The notes below the pieces were generated by a model. The model was not told where the DNA came from, ran no database searches, and saw only the letters and a program-made list of their open reading frames with translations. A program made the translations under genes and the position numbers. From positions 1,856,001-1,920,000 of the forward strand of contig AP038806.1 in assembly GCA_047150005.1 (NCBI GenBank): a stretch of DNA of 64,000 nucleotides, in the 5' to 3' direction. Numbering within the stretch: position 1 is the stretch's first letter; each line of letters opens with the position of its first letter. The stretch comes from Nitrospira sp. (GTDB lineage Bacteria > Nitrospirota > Nitrospiria > Nitrospirales > Nitrospiraceae). Below are positions 40,466 through 53,200 of the stretch, piece by piece.

Positions 40466-41291
40466 AGGTCTGGAGGCGCTCCTTCCCTCCGGCAGACCGG
40501 CTTCGATGCCTGACGCAACCGATGTGCAGCACCTTCGGGTTGATGCGATCGTCCCCAACCGATATCAACCGAGGCAGACCTTCTCGGCGCAGGAACTCGA
40601 TGAGTTGACGGCCTCGCTCAAACAAAGCGGGTTGCTGCAGCCCATACTTGTCCGGCGCAAGGGAGACGGGATCTATGAGCTGATATCGGGAGAGCGTCGG
40701 TGGCGTGCTTCCAAAGCCGCCGGGCTGGAGACGATTCAGGCCGTTGTCCGGAACTGCAGCGACGACGAGTCCATGGTCCTGGCTCTGGTGGAGAATCTCC
40801 AGCGCGAGGATCTCAATCCTTTGGAAATGGCGAGGGCCTATCACCGCATGCTGGTGGAATTCGGTCTGACACAGGAGGTGATCGCCCAGCGTGTCGGTTG
40901 TGAACGGTCTTCCATTGCCAATCTCGTCCGGCTGCTTAACCTTCCTGCGGACGTGCAACAACTCATCGAGACCGATCAGCTTACGTTGGGGCATGCCAAA
41001 GTCATTCTAGGACTGTCGAGTCCCGTCGACCAGCAACGAATCGCTCAACTGATCGCGGCGCGCGGTCTCTCCGTCCGAGAAACCGAAAAACTAGTCGAAT
41101 CCGCTCTCGGTGAGAAGAAACGCAAGATCAAAGAGGTCAGGCGGTCTCCCTTGTCGGATGTCGAACACCGTTTGGAGAAGCGACTGGGTACCAAGGTAAC
41201 GATCGCCAACGGACGCCGCGGCGGCAGAATCATCATCCACTATTTTTCTCCCGCGGAGCTCGACGGGATTCTGGAAAATATTCTGCAGTGA
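40443..41291 (+). CDS. parB: Chromosome partitioning protein
   Basis: ALGRGL, PNRYQPR, GERRWRA, ENLQREDL. Confidence 0.95.
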   Translation: MEKKALGRGLEALLPSGRPASMPDATDVQHLRVDAIVPNRYQPRQTFSAQELDELTASLKQSGLLQPILVRRKGDGIYELISGERRWRASKAAGLETIQAVVRNCSDDESMVLALVENLQREDLNPLEMARAYHRMLVEFGLTQEVIAQRVGCERSSIANLVRLLNLPADVQQLIETDQLTLGHAKVILGLSSPVDQQRIAQLIAARGLSVRETEKLVESALGEKKRKIKEVRRSPLSDVEHRLEKRLGTKVTIANGRRGGRIIIHYFSPAELDGILENILQ

Positions 41292-41334
41292 CCGAGCTGG
41301 AGTTAGCGTCAACGCATTATGTGCTCGAGAGAAA

Positions 41335-41350
41335 TGGCATATCAGTTGCT
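41335..41350 (+). promoter_or_regulatory. sigma54 (-24/-12) promoter motif upstream of bactofilin pair
   Basis: TGGCAT-ATCAG-TTGCT, about 100 bp before ATG 41447. Confidence 0.65.
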
Positions 41351-41446
41351 AAATCAGGCGGCTGATGGCACTGTCAGTCCATATCTCCGAGCGCTAAGGC
41401 ACATTCAGCATCACATCCGACCTCGATACATGTAGGAGGAGCGCTC

Positions 41447-41932
41447 ATGTGGGGACAAGATAAGCAGGACGGCAAACGCCAGGCCGACGTGGACCAGGAC
41501 ATTGAACAACCCCAAGCGGAGTCCGCAACCGTCAAGGAGGGGTTGGAAGACATCAGTGCCTTTGTCGGGAAAGGCGTGGATTTCAAGGGCACCATCTCCT
41601 ACAACGGCACGGTGCGGATCGACGGCTCGTTAGAGGGAGAAATTCGAACGGACGGCACGCTGTTGATCGGAGAGGACGCGGTCATTCAGGCCAAAATCTC
41701 CGCGGGAACCATCGTCTGTAAAGGCAAGATCACGGGAGACGTCGTGGCAAGGGAACGCGTCAAGCTGCGCGCACCGGCCATCGTCAACGGCAGCGTGAAG
41801 ACGCCGATCCTCTCGATGGAAGACGGCGTGCAGTTCAACGGGGGGCTGGAGATGGGTCAGGGTACTCAAGGTGCCACGGTCCATACCCTGAGCGGCAGCA
41901 GCGCCTCCGGAGTCAAACGGGTGGGCGCCTAA
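41447..41932 (+). CDS. Bactofilin (polymer-forming cytoskeletal protein)
   Basis: FKGTISYNGTVRIDGSLEGEI...GTLLIGEDAVI...MEDGVQFNG beta-helix pattern. Confidence 0.9.
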   Translation: MWGQDKQDGKRQADVDQDIEQPQAESATVKEGLEDISAFVGKGVDFKGTISYNGTVRIDGSLEGEIRTDGTLLIGEDAVIQAKISAGTIVCKGKITGDVVARERVKLRAPAIVNGSVKTPILSMEDGVQFNGGLEMGQGTQGATVHTLSGSSASGVKRVGA

Positions 41933-41999
41933 TCGCTGATCCTCGATCGGCTGGCGTACACACGGTATGCTTTACAACTACAACCCTCGGGAGGTAGGC

Positions 42000-42398
42000 A
42001 TGTGGGCACTGAAGGAACGCCAGAATCCGGTAGCGCAGGGTCACGACAATATCACGCTCTTCGCCAAAGACGTCCGCTTCAAAGGTGTCGTCAAATTCGA
42101 CGGCACCGTGCGGGTTGATGGCCATGTCGAGGGCGAAATTCATACGACGGGGACGCTGATCGTTGGAGAAACGGCGGTCATCAAGGGGGTCGTGTCGGCC
42201 GGCGTTCTCATGAACAGTGGCAGGATCAACGGGACGATCACGGCCGCGGAGAGGATCAGCGTCCATAAGCCCGGTGTCCTCGTCGGTGACATCCGCACCC
42301 CGTCGATCGCTATTGAAGAGGGGTCGCATTTTCACGGCATGTGCGATATGGGGTTGGAGCGGTGGCCGGAAGAATCCGCCGTCACGCTCGCCTCATAG
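42000..42398 (+). CDS. Bactofilin (polymer-forming cytoskeletal protein)
   Basis: FKGVVKFDGTVRVDGHVEGEI...IEEGSHFHGMC; GGGAGG RBS. Confidence 0.9.
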   Translation: MWALKERQNPVAQGHDNITLFAKDVRFKGVVKFDGTVRVDGHVEGEIHTTGTLIVGETAVIKGVVSAGVLMNSGRINGTITAAERISVHKPGVLVGDIRTPSIAIEEGSHFHGMCDMGLERWPEESAVTLAS

Positions 42399-42466
42399 TC
42401 TCGGAAGAAACGCTCCCCACCGTCCCCTGGCCCTTTCCCTTCTGCCTCGGTAGAATACGTTCCGCT

Positions 42467-43549
42467 ATGGCGCGTTCGACAGTACTTCTCGGCATGAGCG
42501 GCGGAGTTGACAGCTCCGTGGCCGCAGCCTTGCTGGTCCGGCAAGGCTACGACGTTCGAGGTGTGACCCTGCAAGTCTGGGAACCCGAAGATGAGGATGC
42601 CCCCGTATCGAAGAAGTGGCAGGAGCGGGGATGCTGCAAAATCGGGATCGCGAAGTTTGTCGCGAAGCAGCTGAACATTCCCTACGAAGTGATCGACATG
42701 CGGCAGCCCTTCCGCGAGGGAGTCATCGATGACTTTCTCCGGGGCTACGGAGAAGGCACGACCCCGAACCCCTGCGTGCGATGTAACGAACGCGTCAAAC
42801 TGCGCGGCCTCATCGAGCTTGCGGAGGCCCGCGGCATTCAGTACGTCGCGACAGGTCACTACGTTCGGACCGGCCAAAAGAACGGGAAGACGACGCTGTA
42901 CCGATCCGTGGATGCGAAGAAGGACCAGAGTTACTTTCTCTACCGCTTGCATGCCGAGTGGCTGCCACGCCTGATCTTTCCCGTGGGTGGGATGCACAAG
43001 GCGGAGGTGTGGCGCGAGGCCGAAGCACTGGGGCTGCCCGCCGACGAGCTGAAGGAAAGCCAGGAAATTTGCTTTGTGAGCCGCGGCGACTATCGGACCT
43101 TCATCGAAACAGAACTGCCTGAAGCGAGAAAGAGCGGTGCCTTCGTCGACCAGGAAGGACGATATCTCGGCGCCCATGAGGGCATCGCCTTCTATACGCC
43201 GGGACAGCGGCGCGGCCTGGGCGTGGCCGCTGGTCGGCGACTCTATGTCCAGGAAGTCCGCGCCGCGACCAACACCGTCGTGCTGGGTCCGGAAGAGTCG
43301 CTTGCGCAACGCAGTTGTCAGGTCGTGGATCTGAACCTGTTGGATCCGCGTCTGTTCACGCAGACGATTCGAGCCGAGGTCAAAATCCGCCATGCCACGC
43401 CGGCCTGTCCCGCAACGATCGAGCCGGTTGATCGGACCATCCTTCGCATCCGCTTCGATGCTCCGCTGCGAGCCGTGAGTCCAGGCCAGTCCGCCGTCTT
43501 TTATCAGGAAGACGCAGTGCTCGGCGGCGGGATCATTCGCGCCGATTAG
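42467..43549 (+). CDS. mnmA: tRNA-specific 2-thiouridylase
   Basis: GMSGGVDSS, TPNPCVRCN, ATGHY, KDQSYFL, ESQEICF, PGQSAV. Confidence 0.95.
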   Translation: MARSTVLLGMSGGVDSSVAAALLVRQGYDVRGVTLQVWEPEDEDAPVSKKWQERGCCKIGIAKFVAKQLNIPYEVIDMRQPFREGVIDDFLRGYGEGTTPNPCVRCNERVKLRGLIELAEARGIQYVATGHYVRTGQKNGKTTLYRSVDAKKDQSYFLYRLHAEWLPRLIFPVGGMHKAEVWREAEALGLPADELKESQEICFVSRGDYRTFIETELPEARKSGAFVDQEGRYLGAHEGIAFYTPGQRRGLGVAAGRRLYVQEVRAATNTVVLGPEESLAQRSCQVVDLNLLDPRLFTQTIRAEVKIRHATPACPATIEPVDRTILRIRFDAPLRAVSPGQSAVFYQEDAVLGGGIIRAD

Positions 43550-43572
43550 TCTTCTACAGGCAGGTTGTCGTA

Positions 43573-43602
43573 TTGACAGTTCCCATCAGCCAGTGCTAAC
43601 TT
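43573..43602 (+). promoter_or_regulatory. Putative sigma70 promoter of atpHAGDC
   Basis: TTGACA (43573-78), 18 bp, TAACTT preceded by a TGn extended -10. Confidence 0.55.
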
Positions 43603-43675
43603 GGCGCGCCGATTTTCGTGCGTTCAGCACGAAAGCTTCCCGTTTGTCTAAAAGAGGAAAGAGCGGGCCTGCACA

Positions 43676-44215
43676 GTGATAAAGACGGCAGTTGCGCGAC
43701 GTTACGCACAGGCACTCTTCGAGCTTCTCGATCCATCGTTCATAGAAGCCACAAGAGGTACCCTCGCTGGTCTCGGGAAGGCCATGAAGGAATCCGCCTC
43801 CCTCCGCCACGTGGTGGCCTCACCCGCCTTCGGCGTCGAGGACAAAGTCGCCGTATTGACGGAACTCGGCAGCCGTTTGGGCTGCCCCCCGGCGGCGAAG
43901 GCCTTTCTGGGGCAGCTCGTCAAGAAGCACCGGGTCGCATTCCTGCCGGAAATTGCAGATGCCTTTGCCAATCTGGTCGATCGTTCAAAAGGGAGACAGC
44001 ACGTGGTGGTGTCCTCGGCCATCGCACTACCGTCCTCGGAACAGGAGCGCATCAAGGCTCGTCTGAGCGACACGTTGAAACGCGAGGTCGACGTCGCCTT
44101 TCAGACCGATGCCGCCCTCCTGGCCGGTCTCCAGATCCGCATCGGGAGCCGAGTGGTCGACAGCACGGTTCGGGGACGTCTCAATACCATACGAACAGTG
44201 TTGACGCGCGAATAG
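43676..44215 (+). CDS. atpH: ATP synthase F1 delta
   Basis: VARRYAQALF; LLAGLQIRIG.RVVDST. Confidence 0.9.
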   Translation: MIKTAVARRYAQALFELLDPSFIEATRGTLAGLGKAMKESASLRHVVASPAFGVEDKVAVLTELGSRLGCPPAAKAFLGQLVKKHRVAFLPEIADAFANLVDRSKGRQHVVVSSAIALPSSEQERIKARLSDTLKREVDVAFQTDAALLAGLQIRIGSRVVDSTVRGRLNTIRTVLTRE

Positions 44216-44233
44216 CACCATAGAGGAGCAGCC

Positions 44234-45751
44234 ATGCAGATCAAAGCGGACGAAATCAGCGCGATCATCAAAGAGAAGATCAAGGGCTTCGACAAGCAGG
44301 TCGACGTCAAGGAAACCGGATCAGTCATTCAAGTGGGAGACGGCATCGCCAAGGTCTATGGTTTGGACGGTGCCATGGCCGGCGAAATGTTGGAATTCCC
44401 CGGCGGTCTGTACGGCATCGCCCTCAATCTTGAGGAGGACAATGTCGGCGCCGTGCTGATGGGTGACGACGTCGGCATCAAGGAAGGCGATCCGGTGAAG
44501 CGCACCGGCCGCATCGCAGAGATTCCCGTCGGCGAGGCCCTGGTCGGCCGTGTTGTGAACGCCATCGGGCAGCCCATCGACGGGAAGGGGCCGATCACGT
44601 CGCAGCACTCATCGCGTATCGAGGTGGTGGCTCCCGGCGTCAATACCCGCCAATCAGTTCGCGAGCCGTTACAGACCGGCATCAAGGCAATCGATGCCAT
44701 GATCCCGATCGGACGGGGGCAGCGGGAGTTGATCATCGGCGATCGGCAGACCGGAAAGACCGCCATTGCCGTCGACACCATCATCAATCAAAAGGGGCTC
44801 GGCGTATTCTGCATCTACGTCGCCATCGGGCAAAAGCGCTCAACCGTTGCCCGCGTGGTCAAGACCCTGGAAGAAAACCACGCGATGGAATACAGCATGG
44901 TCGTGTCGGCGACCGCCAGCGATGCGGCTCCGATGCAGTTCTTGGCTCCGTTCGCCGGCGCCGCGATCGGCGAGTATTTTCGAGACAACGGCAAGCATGC
45001 GCTGATCGTCTACGACGATCTGTCGAAGCATGCGGTCGCGTACCGGCAATTGTCCCTGTTGTTGCGACGACCTCCCGGACGCGAGGCCTACCCGGGCGAC
45101 GTGTTCTATCTCCATTCTCGGCTGTTGGAGCGTGCGGCGAAGCTGAGCGACAAGCTCGGCGGGGGCAGCCTGACCGCGCTTCCGATCATCGAAACGCAAG
45201 CGGGTGACGTGTCGGCGTACATTCCGACCAACGTCATTTCGATCACAGACGGACAGATCTATCTCGGCAGCGACCTCTTCTACTCGGGCATCAGACCGGC
45301 GATCAACGTTGGGTTGTCGGTGTCGCGTGTCGGAGGCTCGGCCCAAATCAAGACGATGAAACAGGTGGCCGGAACCCTTCGCCTTGACCTCGCGCAATAT
45401 CGGGAAATGGCGGCCTTCGCGCAGTTCGGCAGTGAACTGGACAAGGCCACGCAGATGCAGCTCGCGCGCGGCGTGAGAATGGTCGAGTTGTTGAAGCAGG
45501 GGCAGTACAAGCCGATGCCGGTGAGTGATCAGGTGCTGTCCATCTATGCCGGGGTAAACGGCTTTCTCGACGATGTGCCGGTGGACAAGGTTCAGCAGTT
45601 CGAAGCCGACTTCCTCCACTATGTTCAACAGCACCATGCGGAACTGAAGAAGGAAATCGTCAGCATCGGCAAGATCGACGATAAAGTCGGCGGCCGACTC
45701 AAGGAAATCCTCACGACGTTCAAGCAGAAGATGGGGTACGGCGCCAAGTAA
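44234..45751 (+). CDS. atpA: ATP synthase F1 alpha
   Basis: [23 protein letters not shown]. Confidence 0.97.
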   Translation: MQIKADEISAIIKEKIKGFDKQVDVKETGSVIQVGDGIAKVYGLDGAMAGEMLEFPGGLYGIALNLEEDNVGAVLMGDDVGIKEGDPVKRTGRIAEIPVGEALVGRVVNAIGQPIDGKGPITSQHSSRIEVVAPGVNTRQSVREPLQTGIKAIDAMIPIGRGQRELIIGDRQTGKTAIAVDTIINQKGLGVFCIYVAIGQKRSTVARVVKTLEENHAMEYSMVVSATASDAAPMQFLAPFAGAAIGEYFRDNGKHALIVYDDLSKHAVAYRQLSLLLRRPPGREAYPGDVFYLHSRLLERAAKLSDKLGGGSLTALPIIETQAGDVSAYIPTNVISITDGQIYLGSDLFYSGIRPAINVGLSVSRVGGSAQIKTMKQVAGTLRLDLAQYREMAAFAQFGSELDKATQMQLARGVRMVELLKQGQYKPMPVSDQVLSIYAGVNGFLDDVPVDKVQQFEADFLHYVQQHHAELKKEIVSIGKIDDKVGGRLKEILTTFKQKMGYGAK

Positions 45752-45818
45752 CAATGTTCAATAATGTTCAATGTTGAATTGTTAGTTTTGAGTTTGCGGA
45801 CGATATACCGCTCGTTGT

Positions 45819-46697
45819 ATGCCTAGTCTTCAATCGTTGCGCCGCAAGATCGCGGCCTTCAAGAATACGCAGAAGATCACCAAGGCCATGAAAATGGTGG
45901 CCGCGGCCAAGCTCAAACGGTCGCAAGATCGCATCCTGGCGGCGAGACCCTATGCGCACAAGATGCGGAGCGTCTTGGGGAATCTAAGCCAACGAGTCAA
46001 CCGTACGGCCCATCCGCTGTTGAGAAAGCACGAGGGTCGGAAAGTGGAGGTCCTCGTCGTGACCAGCGACCGAGGGCTTTGCGGAGGCTTTAACGGAAAC
46101 ATCACCAGGAAAAGTGCGGAATTCGTCCGGCAATGCGAGGCACGAGGCCTTCAGGTGAACCTGAGCATCGTCGGTCGCAAAGGTCGCGACTACTTCCGTC
46201 GTCGTACCTGGACGATCAGACAGGAATGGACCGGCGTCTTCGACAAGCTCAGTTTCGAGCATGCCATCGATATCGGCGACGACCTGAGTCGCAACTTCGT
46301 GGAAGGCACCTTCGACGAATTGTATGTCGTCTACAACGAGTTCAAGTCCGCGATTCAGCAGCGGGTCATCGTCGAAAAGCTCTTTCCGATCGATGCGGCC
46401 GCCGAGTTCGGCTCGGCCCAGACCGCAGGCACCACCGGCGGGAGTTATCTCTATGAGCCGGACGAAGCGGAGCTCCTGAGCGCCTTGGTGCCCAAGCACG
46501 TGCAAGTGCAGGCCTACCGCGTCCTGTTGGAGTCCGCGGCAGCCGAGCATGGGGCCCGCATGGCGGCCATGGACGGCGCGACGAGAAATGCCGGGCAACT
46601 CATCAGGAAGGTCACGTTGTATTACAACAAGACCCGGCAGGCCGCCATCACCAAGGAACTGATGGACATTGTCGGAGGCGCCGAGGCATTGAAATGA
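45819..46697 (+). CDS. atpG: ATP synthase F1 gamma
   Basis: KITKAMKMVAAAK, SDRGLCG, RQAAITKEL. Confidence 0.96.
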   Translation: MPSLQSLRRKIAAFKNTQKITKAMKMVAAAKLKRSQDRILAARPYAHKMRSVLGNLSQRVNRTAHPLLRKHEGRKVEVLVVTSDRGLCGGFNGNITRKSAEFVRQCEARGLQVNLSIVGRKGRDYFRRRTWTIRQEWTGVFDKLSFEHAIDIGDDLSRNFVEGTFDELYVVYNEFKSAIQQRVIVEKLFPIDAAAEFGSAQTAGTTGGSYLYEPDEAELLSALVPKHVQVQAYRVLLESAAAEHGARMAAMDGATRNAGQLIRKVTLYYNKTRQAAITKELMDIVGGAEALK

Positions 46698-46807
46698 ATT
46701 CGAGCGGGTCCTGCCGCCGACCAGCCCGTTCATCCTCGCACCCCGCCCGGTGTGGGGACCCCGCTGCGGGTGACCGGGCACCCAGGTCTGGCGCCACCCG
46801 CTCGAAT
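46698..46807. repeat. 110-bp intergenic element with 12-bp terminal inverted repeats
   Basis: ATTCGAGCGGGT (46698-709) / ACCCGCTCGAAT (46796-807). Confidence 0.55.
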
Positions 46808-46827
46808 GGACTGGCTGGAGTGAATAA

Positions 46828-48281
<1,454 letters not shown>

Positions 48282-48282
<1 letters not shown>

Positions 48283-48704
48283 TGGCTGGAAAGATACTTT
48301 TAGAAGTCGTCACGCCGGAAAAGCAGCTGCTGAGCCAGCAGGTGGATGAAGTCATCGCGCCGGGTTCCGAAGGAGAGTTCGGGGTGTTGCCCGGGCATTG
48401 TCATTTCCTTTCCACCCTGCGAATCGGTGAACTCCGCTATCGCATCGGTGATCAGACCAGCCACATGGCGGTTCTCTGGGGGTATGCCGAAGTCACGCCG
48501 ACCAAAGTCACCATCATGGCTGAGATCGCTGAGAAAGCGGAGGACATCGACGTGGGTCGGGCTCAGGCCGCCGTCGAGTCGGCAGAGCGACGCCTGAAGG
48601 CCGGTGGTCTTCCCTCTGAACTCAAGGAAGCTGAGATCAGTCTCGAAAAAGCCCGCCTCCGCAAGAAGATCGCCGAACGCGCCCGCAAGACTGGCCACGC
48701 ATAG
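48282..48704 (+). CDS. atpC: ATP synthase F1 epsilon
   Basis: LEVVTPE, GEFGVLPGH, EDIDV.RA. Confidence 0.93.
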
Positions 48705-48868
48705 GAATCCCGCTCAGCCGGACCGTTGCTTCTCCGCTGCTGAGCACGAGCCGTCGGGGTTCCACGGAGGGAACGCCTCCGGAAATCGGCTCAAGGTCGG
48801 GTGAGTTTCCGCCTTCCTATTTCAATCCACCCTGCGTCTCCACCTCAAGAACCAGGTCAGCTTCCGCG

Positions 48869-49135
48869 CACTTTCCTCTTGAAGCCAACTTAAAGGACGG
48901 GACAGCGATCGAATTGACCTTGGCAGGACAAGAGGATGTGCCGTTACTTGCCAAGCTCTATGAGAGGATTGTCGCCGAGGGGACGTCGTACCCCCGAGAC
49001 CAGCTCCTCCAGGAAGAGGAATTTCAGGACTACTGGGTCAGAGGAAAGTACACGGTGGTGGCATATGAGCGGCCACGTAAGCCGAGCAGTGAGGGATTAG
49101 GCGCATTTTATCTCAAGCCGAACTGGCCTGGGCGG
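48869..49135 (+). pseudogene. Truncated GNAT acetyltransferase fragment
   Basis: Frame reads HFPLEANLKDGTAIELTLA...IVAEGTSYP...GAFYLKPNWPGR, then loses similarity before the acetyl-CoA motif; no ATG at the expected start. Confidence 0.55.
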
Positions 49136-49522
49136 CTCCTCGGCGCGGTGATGGGGCACCAGCTTCCCTTCCGCGAGGAATTCGACGCCGTCTTCCGCAA
49201 GGCTGCCCGCACATGTCCGCCTGCGCTGCCACGTCGTCAAGCCGACCGTTGGATGATGCACGATTCCCACCCCTGCGGTCACGAAATCTCAATCACGACC
49301 CTGCCTCGACCATCATTTGCCAGGCAATCCTTCTTTGGGCTGCCCGGGTGGGGAGTGCGACAGCTTGTGGGTGTGTGTCACGGTGCGTTCAGCATCAACG
49401 AGCTCGCTTGACGGCCTACAGGGGCATGGTCTACGCTCGAATTCTTGGGCGCCGGTCCTTTCCGACCTCGCGAGAGACGACCGAGGGCGGTTCCAGCCAT
49501 ATCCGAATTGTGAGGGGTGGAG

Positions 49523-50251
49523 ATGACGTATTGCGTGGGCGTGATCCTGGAGTCGGGCTTGGTCCTCGCGTCGGATTCACGAACCAATGCGGGCATGGAT
49601 CAAGTCGGCAACTTTCGCAAAATGACGGTGTTCGAGCGTCCCGGCGATCGGGTGATCGTGATGCTCAGCTCCGGCAATCTTGCCGTGACTCAGGGCGTGG
49701 TGGCCCTGTTGGAGCAGCGAGCGCAGATGTATCAGCAGAACATCTGGAACAGTGCGTCCCTGTATGATATCGCCTGCCTCGCTGGAGAGACGTTGCGTGA
49801 GGTGCAGAAACGGGACGGACCCTATCTCATGCAGCACAATATCGATGCCGGCGCCGGTTTTATTCTAGGAGGGCAGATCTGCGGTGAACGGCACCGGCTC
49901 TTCAATATTTACGCGGAAGGGAATTTTATTGAAGCCACTCCCGATACACCGTTCTGTCAGAACGGTGAAATCAAATATGGAAAGCCCATCATCGACCGGG
50001 TGATCACCTATTCCACCGGCTTGATGGAAGCGGCGAAATGCGTCCTGATCTCGTTCGACTCGACGATGCGCAGCAATATTTCCGTCGGGCCGCCGATCGA
50101 CCTGCTGTGTTATGAGCGGGACAGCCTGAAAGTCGGGCTCCAGCGACGCCTGGGAGACCAAGACTCGTACTTTAACCATGTGCGGCAGCGGTGGGGGGCC
50201 GGGTTGAAACGGCTGTTCTCCGAACTGCCGGATCCCTCTTGGAACGACTGA
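49523..50251 (+). CDS. Anbu proteasome-type (Ntn) protease
   Basis: MTYCVG (Thr1 after Met removal), SDSRTNAG.D, SSGNLA.TQ, YGKPIIDR, DSTMRSNISVG.P. Confidence 0.92.
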   Translation: MTYCVGVILESGLVLASDSRTNAGMDQVGNFRKMTVFERPGDRVIVMLSSGNLAVTQGVVALLEQRAQMYQQNIWNSASLYDIACLAGETLREVQKRDGPYLMQHNIDAGAGFILGGQICGERHRLFNIYAEGNFIEATPDTPFCQNGEIKYGKPIIDRVITYSTGLMEAAKCVLISFDSTMRSNISVGPPIDLLCYERDSLKVGLQRRLGDQDSYFNHVRQRWGAGLKRLFSELPDPSWND

Positions 50252-50255
50252 TCCA

Positions 50256-53200
50256 ATGAGTATCAGGGTCGCGCTGAACCACAGGACTCACTATCGTTTC
50301 GATCGGCCGGTGAGCCTCTTCCCTCACGAAATCCGCCTGCGCCCGGCTCCCCATTGCAGGACCCGCATTCACAGCTATTCGTTGAGTGCTCGTCCGACCA
50401 ATCATTTCATCAGCTGGCAGCAGGACCCCTACGGCAATTACCTCGCCCGTCTCGTCTTTCCGGAGCGGACCACCGAACTCGATGTGGTCGTGGACTTGGT
50501 GGCGGACATGACGGTGATCAACCCGTTCGACTTCTTCATCGAGCCCTCCGCCGAACGCTTTCCCTTTGCGTACCAGTCGCAGTTGGCCAACGAGCTGGCG
50601 CCCTTCCTTGAAGTGGACCGCTGCGGTCCGTTGCTCGGCGCCTGGCTGGAACGATTCAAACTGGCCGATCACGGCGAATCGAAGGGAACCACCGACTTTC
50701 TGGTCCGACTCAACCAACGGCTCCAAAAGGGTATCGAGTACATCGTTCGGCTCGAACCAGGCGTGCAGGCTTGCGAGGAGACGCTGCGTCTCCGCCGAGG
50801 TTCCTGCCGTGACAGCGCGTGGTTGCTGGTGCAGATTCTTAGGAATTGCGGCCTTGCCGCACGGTTTGCGTCGGGATACCTGATTCAACTGGTCGCCGAT
50901 GTGAAGTCGCTCGATGGTCCGCCCGGGCCCAAGCAGGATTTCACCGACCTGCATGCCTGGGCGGAGGTCTATATTCCCGGGGCCGGCTGGATCGGCCTCG
51001 ACCCGACATCCGGGTTACTCGCGGGAGAAGGACACATTCCCTTGGCCTGCACGGCCTCTCCATCCAGCGCTGCGCCCGTGATCGGGCGGACGGAGGTCTG
51101 CGAGGCCGAGCTGGACTTCCGCATGTCGGTCACGCGGATTCACGAAGATCCGCGCGTCACGAAGCCTTATTCCGACGGTCAGTGGCAAGCCATCGAGGCG
51201 CTGGGCCGCCAGGTCGATGCCGATTTGCAAGGCGGCGACGTGCGGCTCACGATGGGAGGAGAGCCGACCTTCGTCTCGATTGACGATATGGAGGGGGCCG
51301 AGTGGAACACCGATGCGCTCGGTCCCACCAAGCGGAAGCATGCCGGTGATTTGCTCAAACGTCTGAAGAACCGGTTTGCTCCGGGTGGGTTGCTGCACTA
51401 CGGTCAGGGCAAATGGTATCCGGGTGAAGCACTCCCTCGGTGGGCATTGGGGTGCTACTGGCGGCAGGACGGCGAGCCGGTCTGGCACGATCCGGCGTTG
51501 ATCGCCGATGAATCAGTCTCCTACGGTTATTCCGCTGGTCATGCGCAGAAGTTTGCGACCAAGTTGACCGAACGACTGCATCTGGACCAGGCGTTTGCCA
51601 TCCCAGCCTACGAAGACGTCTGGCATTATCTAATGGAGGAACAGAAGCTCCCTATCAACGTGGACCCGCTCCAACGAGATCTCAAGGATCCTGAGCAGCG
51701 CCGTACCTTGGCGCGCCTGCTGGATCGAGGATTGGGGGAAGTGGCTGGCTATGTCTTGCCTCTGAGAGCAGTCGCACCGCCGGCGTCCAGCTCCTCGGGC
51801 CCGCGCAAAGCCAGATGGATTTCCGGCCTTTGGCCGCTGAAGCGAGGGCGGCTGTACCTCTTACCAGGAGATTCGCCGATGGGCTATCGACTGCCCTTGA
51901 CCTCGCTTCCTTGGGTGGTTCCGGAAGATGTTGAGATCGAGCCTGAACGCGACCCTCTGGAGGTACGCGAGCCATTAGAGCCGGCAGGGTCTCGACCGCG
52001 CGCATCAGGAGCGCTTGACCAATGCCAACTCGCGATCACCACATCATGGGCGACCAGTGAATCGGCTCAGGGTACGGTCAGGACGGCCCTCTGTATCGAG
52101 GTCCGGCAGGGCCGGCTGCACGTCTTCATCCCGCCGCAGTCGTATCTGGAAGATTACCTCGATCTGATCAGCGCAGTTGAGCAGACCGCGGCTGAGTTAC
52201 ACAGTCCGCTATGGGTGGAGGGGTATCCGCCTGCCTATGATCCTCGATTACAGTCGTTCAAAGTCACTCCCGATCCAGGTGTCATTGAAGTCAACATTCA
52301 CCCGGCCAAGGATTGGCACGAACTGGTCGGCAACACCCATGTGCTTTATGAAGAAGCGCGCCAGTCACGGCTGGGGACGGAAAAGTTCATGCTCGATGGG
52401 CGCCATACGGGCACGGGCGGCGGCAACCATGTCACCTTAGGCGGCCTCACGCCGACAGATAGTCCGATGTTGCGCCGTCCGGATCTGCTCAAGAGCCTCG
52501 CTACCTATTGGCTGAATCATCCAGGATTGTCCTACCTGTTCTCTGGCATGTTTGTGGGGCCGACCAGCCAGGCACCCAGGGTGGATGAGGCTCGCCACGA
52601 TCACCTGTACGAACTCGAGATTGCCTTTCAGCAGATGGAGGCCAGACAGCAGTCTGGGCAGGACACTCCGACGCCGTGGCTGGTGGATCGCTTGCTGCGA
52701 CATCTGCTCGTTGATCTCACCGGCAATACACACCGCGCCGAATTTTCCATCGACAAGCTCTATTCGCCGGATTCCACGATGGGACGCCTGGGGTTGGTGG
52801 AATTCAGGGCCTTTGAAATGCCGCCCCATCCCCGGATGAGTCTGTCGCAGCTATTGTTGCTGCGCGCCCTCGTCGCAAAGTTCTGGAAGCAGCCCTACCA
52901 GGCTCAGGTGGTGCGGTGGGGAACGCAATTGCATGACCGCTTCATGCTGCCCCATTTCGTCTCGCAAGATATGAACGACGTCGTGGGGGATTTACAAGCC
53001 AGTGGATATCCATTTCGCAACGAATGGTTTGCGCCGTTTCTTGAGTTCCGCTTTCCCCGTTACGGGAGCGTGGTCTACGAGGGTGTTGAGGTCGAGCTGC
53101 GACAGGCCGTTGAACCGTGGCATGTGTTGGGAGAAGAAGCGGTCGCCGGCGCCACTGCGCGCTATGTGGACTCGTCTGTGGAACGCATTCAGGTCAAAGT

